A stretch of DNA of 64,000 nt from Rebecca billardiae RCC1528 (Eukaryota; Protista; Haptophyta): positions 62,001-126,000 of the forward strand of contig OZ251245.1 in the NCBI GenBank assembly GCA_965240325.2, given 5' to 3'. The translations under genes and the position numbers were made by a program. The notes beneath the pieces were generated by a model. It ran no database searches and was not told the origin of the DNA. It worked only from the letters and a program-made list of their open reading frames with translations. Each line of letters starts with the position of its first letter. Position 1 is the stretch's first letter. Below are positions 23,767 through 34,993 of the stretch, one piece after another.

Positions 23767-23932
23767 CGCGCCACCCCGCCGGCGCGACGGTTTGTGCGCG
23801 CCCCCCTCTTGATCAGAGACTCGCGCGCGACGCGCAAGCTACGGTACAGATCGAGAGAGAAATGGCCAACGGTCGGCCACCCGACCGGCGCCCGGACCCA
23901 GCCGAGGTCCGGGCGGGCGGTGCCGCGCAGCC

Positions 23933-25573
23933 ATGGCGTCCGCGACGCGGCTGCACGAGGAGGAGGAGGAGGGCGAGGAGGGCGCGGCGGAGGGCGGGGC
24001 GGGCGCGCCGCCCGGGCTGAGCATCGACGAGGTGCTCGAGCTGATCGGCTTCGGCCCCTTCCAGCTCCGGCTGCAGGCGCTCTCCGGCCTCGGCTACATG
24101 GCCGACACGGCCGAGCTCCTGTTTGTGACGTTTGTCATCCCCGAGTTCCAAAAGCAGTGGCCCGAGCTGTCGGAGGGCGCGCTCGCGCTGGTGCCCACCG
24201 TGTCCGCGGCGGGCACGCTCGTCGGCGCGCCGCTCTGGGGCGCCGCGTCCGACCTGCTCGGCCGGCGCGGCGTCTTTGTCGGCTCGGTCGGCGTGTGCGC
24301 GCTCTTTGGGCTGCTCGGCGCGGCCGCGCCCACCTTCGGCGCGTTCGTCGCGACGCGGTTCGCGGTGGGCGTGGGGCTGGGCGGCGCGCTCGCGGTGGAC
24401 TTTGTGCTCTTCGTCGAGTTCGTCCCCGCCGCGTCGCGCGGCCGCGCCACCATGCTCCTCACCCTGTGGGGCGTGCTGGGCGTGCTCTACGTCGGCGGCT
24501 GCGCGCTGCTGCTGCTGCCGGCGCACGGCTGGCGGGCGTACGCAGCAGCGGCCGCGCTGCCGAGCGCGGTGCTGCTGTGCGCGCGCGCGCGCGTGCCCGA
24601 GTCGCCGCGCTCGCTGCTCGTGCGCGGCCACCCCGCCGCCGCCGTGCGCGTGCTGCGCGCCGTCGCCGCCGCCAACGGCCGCGCGCACGCGCTGCCGGCG
24701 GCGCTCGCGCTCGCGCGCCCGCCGCCCGCCGGCGGCGCCGCGTCGCGCGCGCGGCTGCTCGCGCGCGCGCCGCTCGCGCGGCGGCTGGCGACGCTCTCGG
24801 CGGTGTGGCTCGGGCTGAGCTGCGCGTACGCGGGGTTCACCTTCTGGCTCCCCGCCTTCCTCGCCGAGCGCGGCGTCGGCGGCCTCTCCGTCTACCAGAC
24901 CTACCTCCTCATGACCGCCGCCGAAGTACCCGGATTACTCGCCGCGACCGCCGCGCTCGAGCGGCTCGGCCGGCGCGCCGTGCTCGCGAGCGCGCTGCTC
25001 GGCTTCGGCGGCTCGCTGTGCGCGTTCGCCGGCGCGGCGTCGCGCGCCGCCGTCGTGGGCTGCTCCTGCGCCGCGTACGCCACCGTCGTCGGCGCGTGGG
25101 CCACGCTGTACACGCTCACGCCCGAGTCGTTCCCCACCGCCGTGCGCTCCTCCGCGGCGGGCGCGACCAGGCTGTGTGCGTGCGTCGGCACGATGGCGGC
25201 GGCGCCGCTCGGCGCGGCGCTGCGGCGCGCGGGCGCGCGCGCGCCCGTGTTCGCGTACGCCGCGCTCGTCGGCGGCTGCGCGCTCGCCGCGCTCTCGCTG
25301 CCCAACGGCGGGCCGCGCGCGCGCGGCGGCGCGCCGGCGCCGCTGCGTGAGGTCGAGCCGTCGGCGCGGCAGCGGGGACAGCGGGCGCACGGGCCGGCGC
25401 GGCCGGCGCGCGGCGGCGGCGCGGCGGGCGCGGGCGGGGGCGAGGCGTGCGCGGCGACGCGGCGGGCGGCGTGCGCGGCGGCGGGCGGTACACCGGCGGC
25501 CGCGCAGCAGCACGAGTGCGAGCTCGCCGCCGCGAAGGGCGAGGGCGGTTTCGCGTCCGCGCCCGGCGCGTGA
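23933..25573 (+). CDS. MFS transporter, SV2/SVOP-like
   Basis: IDEVLELIGFGPFQ, GYMADTAE, WGAASDLLGRR (motif A), EFVPAASRG, VPESPRSL, LERLGRR, YTLTPESFPTAVRS; about 12 hydrophobic segments. Confidence 0.9.
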   Translation: MASATRLHEEEEEGEEGAAEGGAGAPPGLSIDEVLELIGFGPFQLRLQALSGLGYMADTAELLFVTFVIPEFQKQWPELSEGALALVPTVSAAGTLVGAPLWGAASDLLGRRGVFVGSVGVCALFGLLGAAAPTFGAFVATRFAVGVGLGGALAVDFVLFVEFVPAASRGRATMLLTLWGVLGVLYVGGCALLLLPAHGWRAYAAAAALPSAVLLCARARVPESPRSLLVRGHPAAAVRVLRAVAAANGRAHALPAALALARPPPAGGAASRARLLARAPLARRLATLSAVWLGLSCAYAGFTFWLPAFLAERGVGGLSVYQTYLLMTAAEVPGLLAATAALERLGRRAVLASALLGFGGSLCAFAGAASRAAVVGCSCAAYATVVGAWATLYTLTPESFPTAVRSSAAGATRLCACVGTMAAAPLGAALRRAGARAPVFAYAALVGGCALAALSLPNGGPRARGGAPAPLREVEPSARQRGQRAHGPARPARGGGAAGAGGGEACAATRRAACAAAGGTPAAAQQHECELAAAKGEGGFASAPGA

Positions 25574-25911
25574 TGAGGGCGGCGCGGTGATCGATTATGA
25601 TGCTGCGCTAGTGCTGCTGATGTTTTTTCATCATCAAAATGTTTAAACCAATAATAACGGAAATCGGACGGCCGGCTAAAAGCGCGTCGCCGTCGGTCGG
25701 TTAGTCGGTCGTCGGTGACTGGCCCATCGATTAGACTTGAACAAAACTGAGCTAACGCCGCCGCAGCGCCTCGTTGGGTCGTATTTACATCGGCGCACCC
25801 GCTCGGCGCGTGCAGCCTGCTGCCGGCGACGGAGTGGAGCGGGCCGCCGCGCGCGCGCGCGCGGCCGCCGTCGCTTTGCGGCGGTTACCGGCGAACGCCG
25901 GCCGCGCGCAT

Positions 25912-26628
25912 TCAAAACGCAAGCCGCGCGCCGAGCGCGGCGACGTTGTACACCGTCGAGTGCATGCACGGGTAGGCGGCGGCGGCGGCACGCACGGCGC
26001 CCGAGCGCGCGAGCGCGTCGGTCACCGAGTAGTGCGCCGTCCGCGCCGCGCGCGCCGGCGGTGCGGGCGCGTGCAGCGCGGCCGCCTGCGCGGCCGCCTC
26101 TGCGATCGCCGCCTCCTCGGCGATCGGGCACCAGCGCTTGAAGGAGAGCGCGCCGACGAACATGGGCGTGACGCCGCCGTCGATCGCGACGTCGACGGGC
26201 GTGACGTGCACCTCGTTCAGGAATGCTCGCCTGTCCTTCGTGTAGTTCACCACGCTCAGCGAGATGTCGTCGCCCGCCTCGGCGTGCGCGAGCTGGCGCG
26301 AGAACTGCGCGAGCGCGCGCCTGTCGGTGGACGGGCCCTGCAGCATCTCGAGCGACTTGCCGAGGGCCTCGGCGTGCGAGTAGCCGCACATGTTCGTCCA
26401 CGAGTCGTTCACCGCGACGATGTGGAAGGGCTGCGCCCGGCTCGTCACGACGAGCGGCCGCACGTCCGCCTCGAGCGCGTCGAGCAGCTTGGACCAGTCG
26501 GTCACGGCGGCGAGGGCGGCGGTGGAGCGCGCGGGCTGCTGGAGGTTGAGCGCGCGGAGGCCGCGGTTCGCGTTCCGCGCGAGCGTGAGCGAGCGCCGCG
26601 CGGCGAGCACGAGCGAGTGGCCGGACAT
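25912..26628 (-). CDS. LOV-like PAS domain protein lacking the photoactive Cys (238 aa)
   Basis: LVVTSRAQPFHIVAVNDSWTNMCGYSHAEALGKSLEMLQGPSTD...VVNYTKDRRAFLNEVHVTPV matches the LOV/PAS_9 pattern. Confidence 0.8.
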   Translation of the reverse strand: MSGHSLVLAARRSLTLARNANRGLRALNLQQPARSTAALAAVTDWSKLLDALEADVRPLVVTSRAQPFHIVAVNDSWTNMCGYSHAEALGKSLEMLQGPSTDRRALAQFSRQLAHAEAGDDISLSVVNYTKDRRAFLNEVHVTPVDVAIDGGVTPMFVGALSFKRWCPIAEEAAIAEAAAQAAALHAPAPPARAARTAHYSVTDALARSGAVRAAAAAYPCMHSTVYNVAALGARLAF

Positions 26629-27421
26629 CGGGGCTGGTTGGAGGACGACGGGGGGGCCGAGTTCACGCGGCGCGGCGAGGCGGTTGGCAGTGCGGCAGCG
26701 GCGCACTCGACCTTTTGCTGGCCACGTCCAGCCGCGAGTTGATGAGGTCACTGGTGATGGGCATTCAGGGCCGGGGTTGCTATTGGGAGGGGCGCGGGCC
26801 AATTAGAGCGCGCGGCGCTTTGGAGGACGAAACCTCTCGGGTGTCGGCGGTACTCGGTCCAGCCGAAACGCGAAAGCGGGAACTCCCAATAAGCGCCGCG
26901 ATTGGCGGACGAAATGCAGCGCAATAAGCGCCGGCTTGCGTTTCGGCTGCGCGGATTCGTCGACAGCAAGCTTCGGCGGGATCGGAACCCCCATGTGAGT
27001 AGTCCTCCCCGAGTCGTCTGAGACGATGGAGCCCAGTCCGAGGACATACACTTGCGCATCCGGAGATCGGCATCTGACCCACATCCCCACTCTCAGTGTC
27101 TTACGACACTTGAACAAGAATAGTCGTAGCAGAACAGCCAACGACTACCGTTTCTGCGAGCGAGCTCCCGCTGGAACCGGCCTGCGCCCGGAGTGCAGTC
27201 CTCTCCGGAACGGCTGGTCCGGATTCCCGGACTCTCCCCGCCCGCCTTCTCCTGCTAGTTCAAGGGCGAGCGGGCAGCCGTGGCGGCCTTTCCGCGCTGC
27301 TTGCTGGCTTTGGACCGGGCGGACAAGGAGCGCTTCGTTGGCGCGCGCGGCGCACGTGCTCACGGGGCGCACGCGCGGCAGGGCGCGTGAGGGCGAGCGG
27401 CGCAGCCCGCGCGCGCGCACC

Positions 27422-27868
27422 ATGTGGTCGCCGCGCGACTCGAACAAGCCGGCCAACGACCCGTCCGCGCCGCAGCCCGCGAGCACGCCGGGCGAGCTGA
27501 GCGTCGGCCCGCAGTCGCCGCGCCCGACGCCGGGCAGCAACGGGCTGTTCACCTCGTTCTCGAAGATGCTGTGGGGGGGCGAGGGCGACGACCCCTCCGG
27601 CACGCCCACGCCCGACGGCGCCGCCGGCACGCCGGCCGCCGGCGGCTTCATCGCCTCGTCGCCGCGCCGGCCGCCGCCGGTCAACCTAGCCTCGCCGCCG
27701 CCGCCGCCCGGCCTGCAGGTGCAGCCGGGCGGCGGCGAGGCGCAGCACGCGGGCGGCGGCACGCCGCCCGAGCAGACGCCCATGTCGCCGCGCACCGGCT
27801 CGCTGCTCGACAGCATCTTCTCCCCCGTCTTCCACACCTTCTTTGGGCAGCGCGGCGCCGACGGCGGC

Positions 27869-27906
<38 letters not shown>

Positions 27907-28032
27907 GGGCGGCGCGGGCGGCGGCGTGGGCGGCGGCGGCGGCGGCGGCGCGGGCGGCGCGGGCGTGGCGGGCGTGCGGGAGGACCGCGAGGCCGCGCTG
28001 CACAAGGCCGCCGCCGCGGCCGCCGTCGCCGC

Positions 28033-28077
<45 letters not shown>

Positions 28078-29599
28078 GCAGCGCGAGGCCGCGGCCGCGG
28101 CCGAGGCGGCCGCGGCCGCCGCGCGCGCGGAGCACGAGGCCGAGCGCGCGGCGGCGGCAGCGGCGGCGGTCGCAGCCGCGCAGCAGCAGCCGCAGGCGCC
28201 CACCTACGCCGCCGACGAGTTCGACCCGTACGCCTTCATCAAGGCGCTCCCGCCGCTGCCGCCCGCAGAGTCACGGCCCGTCGTCCTGCCCAAGAAGACG
28301 CGCGGCGCGCCCACCCTCTCGCTCGTGCTCGACCTGGACGAGACGCTGCTGCACTCCTCCATCGTGCCGGTGCGCGCGAGGGGGGCGGGCTCGCGGGCGC
28401 GGGGCGAGGGAGGCGGTGCACGCGAGCGCGCGCGGGGAGAAGGGTGTGCGGCGGGTGCGCGGCGGGCTGCCGCGTGCGGGCGGGCGCGCGAGGGTGCGCG
28501 CAGAGGGCGAGGCGGCGGACGGGTCGCCCCTGCGCGCACCGCCTCACGCGCCCGCACGCGCCCACCCGTGGCCACTGCTTCGCTCCTCCCTGCGTGCGCG
28601 CAGCTGGCGGACTACGACATCGTGTTCCCCGTGCACTTCAACAACGCCAACTACCAGGTGCCGCGCGGCTGCTGCGCGGGGGCTGCGCGGCTGCTGAGCG
28701 CGCGCCCCCGCCACGCCGCGCCGCGCCCTCGCGCGCGCGCCCTCACACAGGTGACGCGCCCGCGCCCGCGCCCGCTCACGCGCCCCCTTCCGCCCCGACC
28801 ACCCGCCCCGCCCCCGCCCCGCCCCGCGCCGCCGCGCAGGTGTACGTGCGCAAGCGGCCGCACCTCGACTACTTCATGGCGAAGGTCTCGCAGATGTTCG
28901 AGGTGATCGTCTTCACCGCCTCGCAGCGCGTGTACGCCGACAGGCTGCTCTCAATCATCGACCCGCAGCGGAAGTGGGTCAAGTACCGGCTGTTCCGCGA
29001 CTCGTGCGTGCTGGTGGACGGCAACTACCTCAAGGACCTGTCCGTGCTCGGGCGCGACCTCTCGAGGACGATGATCATCGACAACTCGCCGCAGGCCTTC
29101 GGCTACCAGGTGGACAACGGCATCCCGATCGAGTCGTGGTTCGACGACCCCGACGACCGCGAGCTGCTCAAGGCACGCGCACCACAGCACCAAAGCAGCG
29201 CGCACGCGGCACCGCGCGCGCGCCGCCACGCGGCGGAGCGCCTGCGCCGCGCTGCGCGGCCCTGCCCTGCGCGGCCCTGCCCTGCGCCGCCGTGTGCCGC
29301 ACGCGGCGCCAGCCCTGCGCGGCGCGGCGCCAGCCCTGCCGCACGCGGCGCGGCCGTGCGCACTGCGCACGGCCGTGCGCACTGCGCCACGCCGCGCGCG
29401 GAGGGCGCGATGCGCGGCACCGCCGACTGACCAGCGCAGCGCGCCGCGCCCCCCGCCGCCGCCGTGCCCGCCGCCCCCCGCGCAGATGATCCCGTTCCTC
29501 GAGACGCTGCTCGAGGCGGAGGACGTGCGGCCGCACATCCGCGCCAAGTTCGAGCTGCACACGCTGATCGCGAACGCGCGCGGCGTGCAGCGGCGGTAG
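27422..29599 (+). CDS. CTDSPL2: CTD small phosphatase-like protein 2 (FCP/SCP HAD phosphatase); exons 27422-28369, 28604-28657, 28840-29172, 29486-29599
   Basis: [11 protein letters not shown]; LVLDLDETL (DxDxT); VYVRKRPHL; [10 protein letters not shown]; [12 protein letters not shown]; [24 protein letters not shown]. The third intron is GC-AG. Confidence 0.92.
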
Positions 29600-30720
29600 C
29601 CAGCTCGCGGCGGGCACACTGCGCGCACGCAGCGCGCACGCGCGCGCGGCGCGCTTGTTGGGCCAGGGCTGTGCGCGAGCCGCGCGCAGCGGCGCGGGCC
29701 GTGGGGGGCGGGCAGCCGCCGCCCACCGGGCGCGGCCGACGGCCACGGCTGGCGCGCGCTGCGCACGGCTGCGGCCGTGTGTCCCGGCGCTCGGCCGAGG
29801 CGTCGGCCCGTCGGTGCGCGGCGGGCGGGCTGGCTGGGCTGCGGCTGGGCGCTTCCGCGCGCCGCCGCTCGCGAGTGAGCGGAGCTCGACGGCCGCAGCA
29901 CGGGGCGGCTCGCCGAATCGGCCGGCCCCTGTCCGCTGCCGGCCACACAGGCTGCAGCTGGGCGGCACGCGGCGGCGCGCGCGCAGAGGCGCCGCTGCGC
30001 GGGCCGTGCGGGCCGCGAACGCCATGCGGCTGCGCCTGCCACCGGCCGAGCACGAATGCTGTGTCGAGTGCAGCAGGGCCGAGCAGGCGGGGTTCGGCCG
30101 CACGAGACGCGACGAGGCGACGGCTCTGAATCTGATCGTGATCGATCGGCCACCGGCACCGCGACGGTCTCACCTTGGCGAGTCGCGCGGACCCGGCCGC
30201 GGGGCCGCGGCCGCGGGGCCGCCGCCGTCGTCGGGTCATCATCAGCAGCGCGCAGCAATTTAAGGCGGCCAGTGAACGGCGGGCATCATATCCGTAGCAG
30301 TATAGTCATATACTGCTGTATAGTCTTACTGCGGACGACTCGTCCTCAGCAGCAGACGCCGGTCACTGAATCGCTCAGCACCCGCCTCCCAGACCCAGTG
30401 GCCCAGTGAGTGGCCAGTCCCAGTCGACTCAGTCCCAGACGCCATGTGACTAAGCGTGAGCATTATTGAGCAGCGGCGCCGGCCCCGCGCGGGTGCTGGA
30501 TGGCGACTACGATGCGCGGCTGTCCAGCGGCTGCCCGCGCAGCAGCGGGCAGGCGACCCGCGCAATGGCGCCCGCGCACTCTGGCCCCAGGCCGCCAGGG
30601 CACCACACACCCGCGGCCAGCCAGCGTGGCCGCCCCCCGCCACCCGCCACCGCCCGTCCGGCCTGGCGGCACGGCGCCCGCCTGCGCTCGCGCCGCCGAG
30701 CCCGCTGCTGGGCGGGCGCA

Positions 30721-31461
30721 TCATCGGCGCCACTGGCGCGGGAGCAGCGCGTCGAGCGCGGCGTCGAGCCCCTCCGCCACCTCCGACGAGCGCGGGTCCT
30801 CGCTCTTCTCCGGCACCGCCTTCGGGTCCAGCTCCCCGCTGAGCACGCCCGCCGTCACGCGCGCGGCCAGCCCGTACATGCCGAGCGAGGTGACGCCCGA
30901 CACGCCGGCAAACATGGAGGTGAGGCCGACGACGAGGGTGCGCACGACGGTGGCCGCGCGCGCGGCGATGTACACGTCGCTCGGCACCGGGTGCGCCGCG
31001 AACCACACCGCCAGCCACCCCGTCGCGTACCACGCGCCCGCCGCGAACGCCGAGTAGAGCACACCGCCACCGAACACAACGAGTGGCTCGACGCCGTTCA
31101 GGTCGACGGGGGTGAACTCGCTCTTCTTCGGGCGCGGGGGCAGCTTGGCGACGGACTCGTCGATGCGCTGCTGCAGCCGCTCGTTCACGCTGAGCGGCGC
31201 GCCGCCCTCCGCCGACGCGTCCGCGCGCGCCGCCGCGCGCTCGGCCGCGCCGCCGTCCGCCTCGGCCAGCGGGTCGTCAAACTGCGGCGGCACGTCGGCG
31301 TCGCGGACGAAGCGGACGCGCGGCACGTCGTCGTCGACGTCGACGGCGGCGAGCACGCGCGCGCCGCGCGGCGCGGCGGCGCGGCGCGCGCCCAGCTGCG
31401 GCGCCGCGCCGCCGCGCGGGAAGGCGAGGGCGCACAGGCACGTGGCGGTGGCCAGCAGCAT
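30721..31461 (-). CDS. Plastid-targeted DUF3082-like membrane protein (246 aa)
   Basis: Bipartite leader MLLATATCLCALAF followed by an Arg/Ala transit peptide; two TM regions with FAAHPVPSDVYIAARAATVVRTLVVGLTSM. Confidence 0.75.
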   Translation of the reverse strand: MLLATATCLCALAFPRGGAAPQLGARRAAAPRGARVLAAVDVDDDVPRVRFVRDADVPPQFDDPLAEADGGAAERAAARADASAEGGAPLSVNERLQQRIDESVAKLPPRPKKSEFTPVDLNGVEPLVVFGGGVLYSAFAAGAWYATGWLAVWFAAHPVPSDVYIAARAATVVRTLVVGLTSMFAGVSGVTSLGMYGLAARVTAGVLSGELDPKAVPEKSEDPRSSEVAEGLDAALDALLPRQWRR

Positions 31462-31632
31462 GATTGGGCCCGTCCACACGCCCACCGCCGCAGCGCTCAC
31501 ACGCCGGACCGCTCGCGATCTGACTATCTGAGCAGTCGCCGGACTCACGGTTCGAAACCGTGATCAAGTTCAAACAACTTGGCGGGCCGACGCCCAAGCA
31601 GCGCACGCGCAAAGCTCCATCGCCCGTGCCCG

Positions 31633-34017
31633 ATGCCCCGCGGCCGCCGCGAGAAGCAGCCGCTCGGCGCGGAGCCGAGCGCCGACGCGCCGCCCGCGCC
31701 GACGACGCCGCCCATGCCCCGCCGCGCCGTGCGCCCCGCCTCGCCGCCGTACCTCGCGCCCGGCCGCGCGTCGCCCGCCGCCGTCGTCGCCGTGGGCGTG
31801 TGCGCGCTCGCCGCCGCCGCCGCGTACGGCGTGCGCGGCCTCGGCGCGGCGCTGCCCGCGCTCGAGGCGCCCGCTGAGCCCGCCGTCACCGAAGTCCCTT
31901 TCTCGTCTATCTCTTCGCTCGCCGCCCTCTGGCGCGCCGAGCCGCTGCCGCACGTGCCGGAGACGGCGGCTGCGGCGGCTGCGGCGGCAGGGGCGGAGGC
32001 GGAGCCATCGGCCGCCTCGGCGCTTCTCGGCCGCTGGTGGGCGCCGGAGCCGCAGCCCGCCGACGGCGCGTCGAGCTCGACGTCGGAGCCTGCCGTGACG
32101 GAAGACGCCGCCGCGCCCACGCGCGCGTCCACCCTGGACGCGCTCTCGGCGTGGTGGTCCGCGCAGCCGACGCCTTCAGATGCTGCCGACACCGCCGCAG
32201 CCGCCGCCGAGCGCGAGGCCGAGGCAGCTGCCGCGGCGGCGGAGGCGCCGGTCGTGCTGCCCGCGTTCAGCGCGTGGTGGCACGACGCGCCAGGCCCCGA
32301 GGCGCAGCCCGCCGAGCCCCCCGTGCCCGTCCCCGCCGTCGGCGCGCCCGCGCCCGCCGCGGCAGCCGGCGGCGAGATTGGCGGCTCCCCGGCTGATGCA
32401 TCGACCGAGCGGCCGCCGAGCCTGCTGGGCAGTCGCGCGTCGCTCGTGCTGCGCGTGCTGCTCGTGCTCGCGCTCGGCGGCGCCGCGCTCTCGCCGCAGC
32501 GCGCGCCCTCGCGCATCGCGACGGCGCCGCCCACCGCGCCCCAGCCCGCCGCGCCGCCCGCTGCCGCCGACCCTCTCGCGACGCCGACGCCGACGCCGAC
32601 GCCGCTGACGCCGACGCGCGGCGGCGCGCTCGAGCTCGCGCTCGCGCCCGGCTCGCCGCCGTCGCTGCCGTCCGGCCCGATCGCGACGTCGGCGGTGAGC
32701 ACGCCGGCGTCGGCGGACAAGCGGCTCGCCGCACAGCGGCAGCACGCCGGCTGGCCCGCCACGCCGCGCGGGCTCTCCCAGGGTGGCCTCCCCCAGGCGC
32801 TGCGCGGCGCGCGCGGCACGCCGCCCGCCGACGCGGCTGCCGTACCGCCCGCCGCGGCCTCGCCTGGCGGCGGCGGCGGCGCACCGTCGCCATCCAAGGC
32901 CCTGGAGGCGCACGTGGCCGTGCTCACCGGCGCGCGGCGCGCGCGCGAGCCCGCGCCGCGCCACCCGCTGCGCGACGCCGCCACCAGCGCGGGCGCCGCT
33001 CCGCTGCTCTCGCATGGCACGCAGACGGCGCTGACGCTCGCCGACGCCTCGCGCGCGGAGGCGGAGGCCGAGGCGGCGCGCGCGGCGGCGGCGCGCGCGC
33101 GGAGCGCGGTGGACGCGACGCTGAGCGAGAAGGACGCCCTCGCGCGCGCGCTCGCCAGCGCGCGCGCCGAGGCCGACGCGCAGCGCTCGAGGCTCGACGG
33201 CGCCCTCTCCGCAGCCTCGCTCGCCTCCGCCGCGCGCGACGAGGCGTCGCTCAAGATGCTCGTGTGCCGCCGCGCGGTGTTGCGACTGCTCGAGTCCGGG
33301 GCGGGCGTGAAGGCGGACGAGCGGCAGACGCTGGTCTCCGTGATCGGCAAGTGCTTCGACTTCGACCAGGACGAGCTGAACAAGGCGCACACCGGCGCGG
33401 CCGCGTCGGCGCACGGCACCCCGCAGCAGCAGCAGCAGCAGCACGGCGGCACGCCCGCCAGCGCGGCCACGCCGCTCGCGCGGCACCACGCGCCGCCGAC
33501 GCACCCGCCGCCGGACGGCGCACACCCGCCGCACCCGCCGCAGCAGCAGCAGCACGGCTCGGCCGCGCGACCGGCCGGCGCGTCGTTCTGGACGCTCGCC
33601 TCCGGCCTCTTCTCGCCCACGCAGTCTGAGGACGGGCTGGCTGCCAAGCTGGGTTGGCTCTCGCCGGGGCGCGCGCTGCCGCCCTCGGCGGCGGCGCTCC
33701 CGCCCACGCCCGTGCCGCCGATGATGTCGCCGTCCGGCGCGCCGACGCGCGGGGCGGTGCAGCCGCCGAGCGCGTCGCCCGCCTCGCCCCCCGCGTCGCA
33801 CGTCAAGCAGCCGCCCCCCGCCCCGGCGGAGAGCCCAGTCGCCAAGCTCGCGCGCGCCTTCTCGCCGCGCTCCGGCCGGCCGCCCAGCCGGGAGAACGCG
33901 TCGCCCAACGCGAGCCGGCCGGCGAGCGGCGCGCTGGCGACGGCCGCGCGCCGCGCGAGCGGCGGCAGTGCGGCGAGCGGTGCGGTGCTCAGCGTGCGCG
34001 CGGCCGAGGCGCACTGA
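31633..34017 (+). CDS. Membrane-anchored coiled-coil protein with GRIP-like domain (golgin-like)
   Basis: TM AAVVAVGVCALAAAAAYGV; second hydrophobic segment LVLRVLLVLALGG; coiled coil; GRIP-like CRRAVLRLLES...ERQTLVSVIGKCFDFDQDE. Confidence 0.6.
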   Translation: MPRGRREKQPLGAEPSADAPPAPTTPPMPRRAVRPASPPYLAPGRASPAAVVAVGVCALAAAAAYGVRGLGAALPALEAPAEPAVTEVPFSSISSLAALWRAEPLPHVPETAAAAAAAAGAEAEPSAASALLGRWWAPEPQPADGASSSTSEPAVTEDAAAPTRASTLDALSAWWSAQPTPSDAADTAAAAAEREAEAAAAAAEAPVVLPAFSAWWHDAPGPEAQPAEPPVPVPAVGAPAPAAAAGGEIGGSPADASTERPPSLLGSRASLVLRVLLVLALGGAALSPQRAPSRIATAPPTAPQPAAPPAAADPLATPTPTPTPLTPTRGGALELALAPGSPPSLPSGPIATSAVSTPASADKRLAAQRQHAGWPATPRGLSQGGLPQALRGARGTPPADAAAVPPAAASPGGGGGAPSPSKALEAHVAVLTGARRAREPAPRHPLRDAATSAGAAPLLSHGTQTALTLADASRAEAEAEAARAAAARARSAVDATLSEKDALARALASARAEADAQRSRLDGALSAASLASAARDEASLKMLVCRRAVLRLLESGAGVKADERQTLVSVIGKCFDFDQDELNKAHTGAAASAHGTPQQQQQQHGGTPASAATPLARHHAPPTHPPPDGAHPPHPPQQQQHGSAARPAGASFWTLASGLFSPTQSEDGLAAKLGWLSPGRALPPSAAALPPTPVPPMMSPSGAPTRGAVQPPSASPASPPASHVKQPPPAPAESPVAKLARAFSPRSGRPPSRENASPNASRPASGALATAARRASGGSAASGAVLSVRAAEAH

Positions 34018-34469
34018 GCGCGCGGCGGCGTGTGGCGCGCCTGCTCGGCCGACCGACGCCGATGCGCCGCGTCGGGCGGCGCGCGCCTCTTCCTCCCTTC
34101 CAACCGCACTGCACCGTATCCGTGCCCGTGTCACATGGGGCTGACTTACTGAGAGTGATGTGCGACTTGTGAGTTGTGCGTGCCGCGCCCGAGTGAGCGG
34201 AGACCGCCGCGGCGCCGGGTCGGCCTGAGCGGAGGACTGGCGCTCACGGCCCGCGGCGATTCGGGCCTGATGAAGTGGCACCGCCGGCGGCGGCGCACCA
34301 GCTCCATCCGTTCCGCGCAGGATCCCGTTACGAATACGAGTTTACGACGACCGCCGGTTTACGGTAGTACTCGGTAGTTCGATCGTCACGTCACGTGGTC
34401 GCAGCGTACTGCGGTCTGCGCGCGCGCGTGCGCCGTATTGGCGTATACGTATCATCGATCGATATATAT

Positions 34470-34981
34470 GCGTGGGGTTATTGGTACAATAACTGATGAT
34501 ATTGTCTAAGAGGACGACACGGACGCCAGGCGCCAGCGCGGAGCGCCGCTCATCAGCTCCATCGCCCTCTACCGGACCATGGCCTCAACGAGCTGCTCGG
34601 CCCGGACAAACAGTCCGTCCGGCATTTTCTGTTACCGGCCAAAGATCTCCGATCGCCATCATCGGCTTCTCGGGCTCTGCAGCCGTGGCGCGGGCATCCA
34701 GCCATGTCGCGTCCTGCGTCGCCGGCGGCTGCGGCTCGCACGCGGGTGGCGCGTCGCGTGCACCGACCAACATCTTTCGGCAACACGCACCGCGTCTCGT
34801 CGATGGCGAGCGGCATGCCCACCGCATCTGCTCACTGCTGCCGCTCGCCTTTGCATGCTGAGGACACGTAAATCCCACTGAGTAGGAACACAGGCAGCCG
34901 TCTCGGCATCGACATGCCAGGCGGCGTGCCCACCTTCGGCCAGCAGTTGGCGTCGGCGTTCGCGACGGGACGGCTATAGAC
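34470..34981 (+). mobile_element. Non-autonomous hairpin-terminated element, copy 1 (divergent family member)
   Basis: Begins GTGGGGTTATTG-GTA-CAATAACTGA...TGTCTAAGAGGACG and ends GGCTATAGAC; flanked by (TA)n. Termini resemble copies 2/3 in opposite orientation. Confidence 0.65.
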
Positions 34982-34993
34982 ATATATATATAT

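Noticed and set aside
20803-25350. 1515-aa plus-strand ORF and similar giant Arg/Ala-rich ORFs (2-1531, 3990-6779, 31545-34109, 43212-45560)
   Set aside because: They are antisense or alternate-frame shadows of real genes; extreme GC content suppresses stop codons and the translations have no motifs.
27095-27245. U3 snoRNA (ACGACACTTGAACA) or RNase P/MRP RNA (minus-strand GGGGAGAGTCCGGG)
   Set aside because: U3 boxes B/C/D and the RNase P CR-V/P4 partner could not be found; the matches are short and may be chance.
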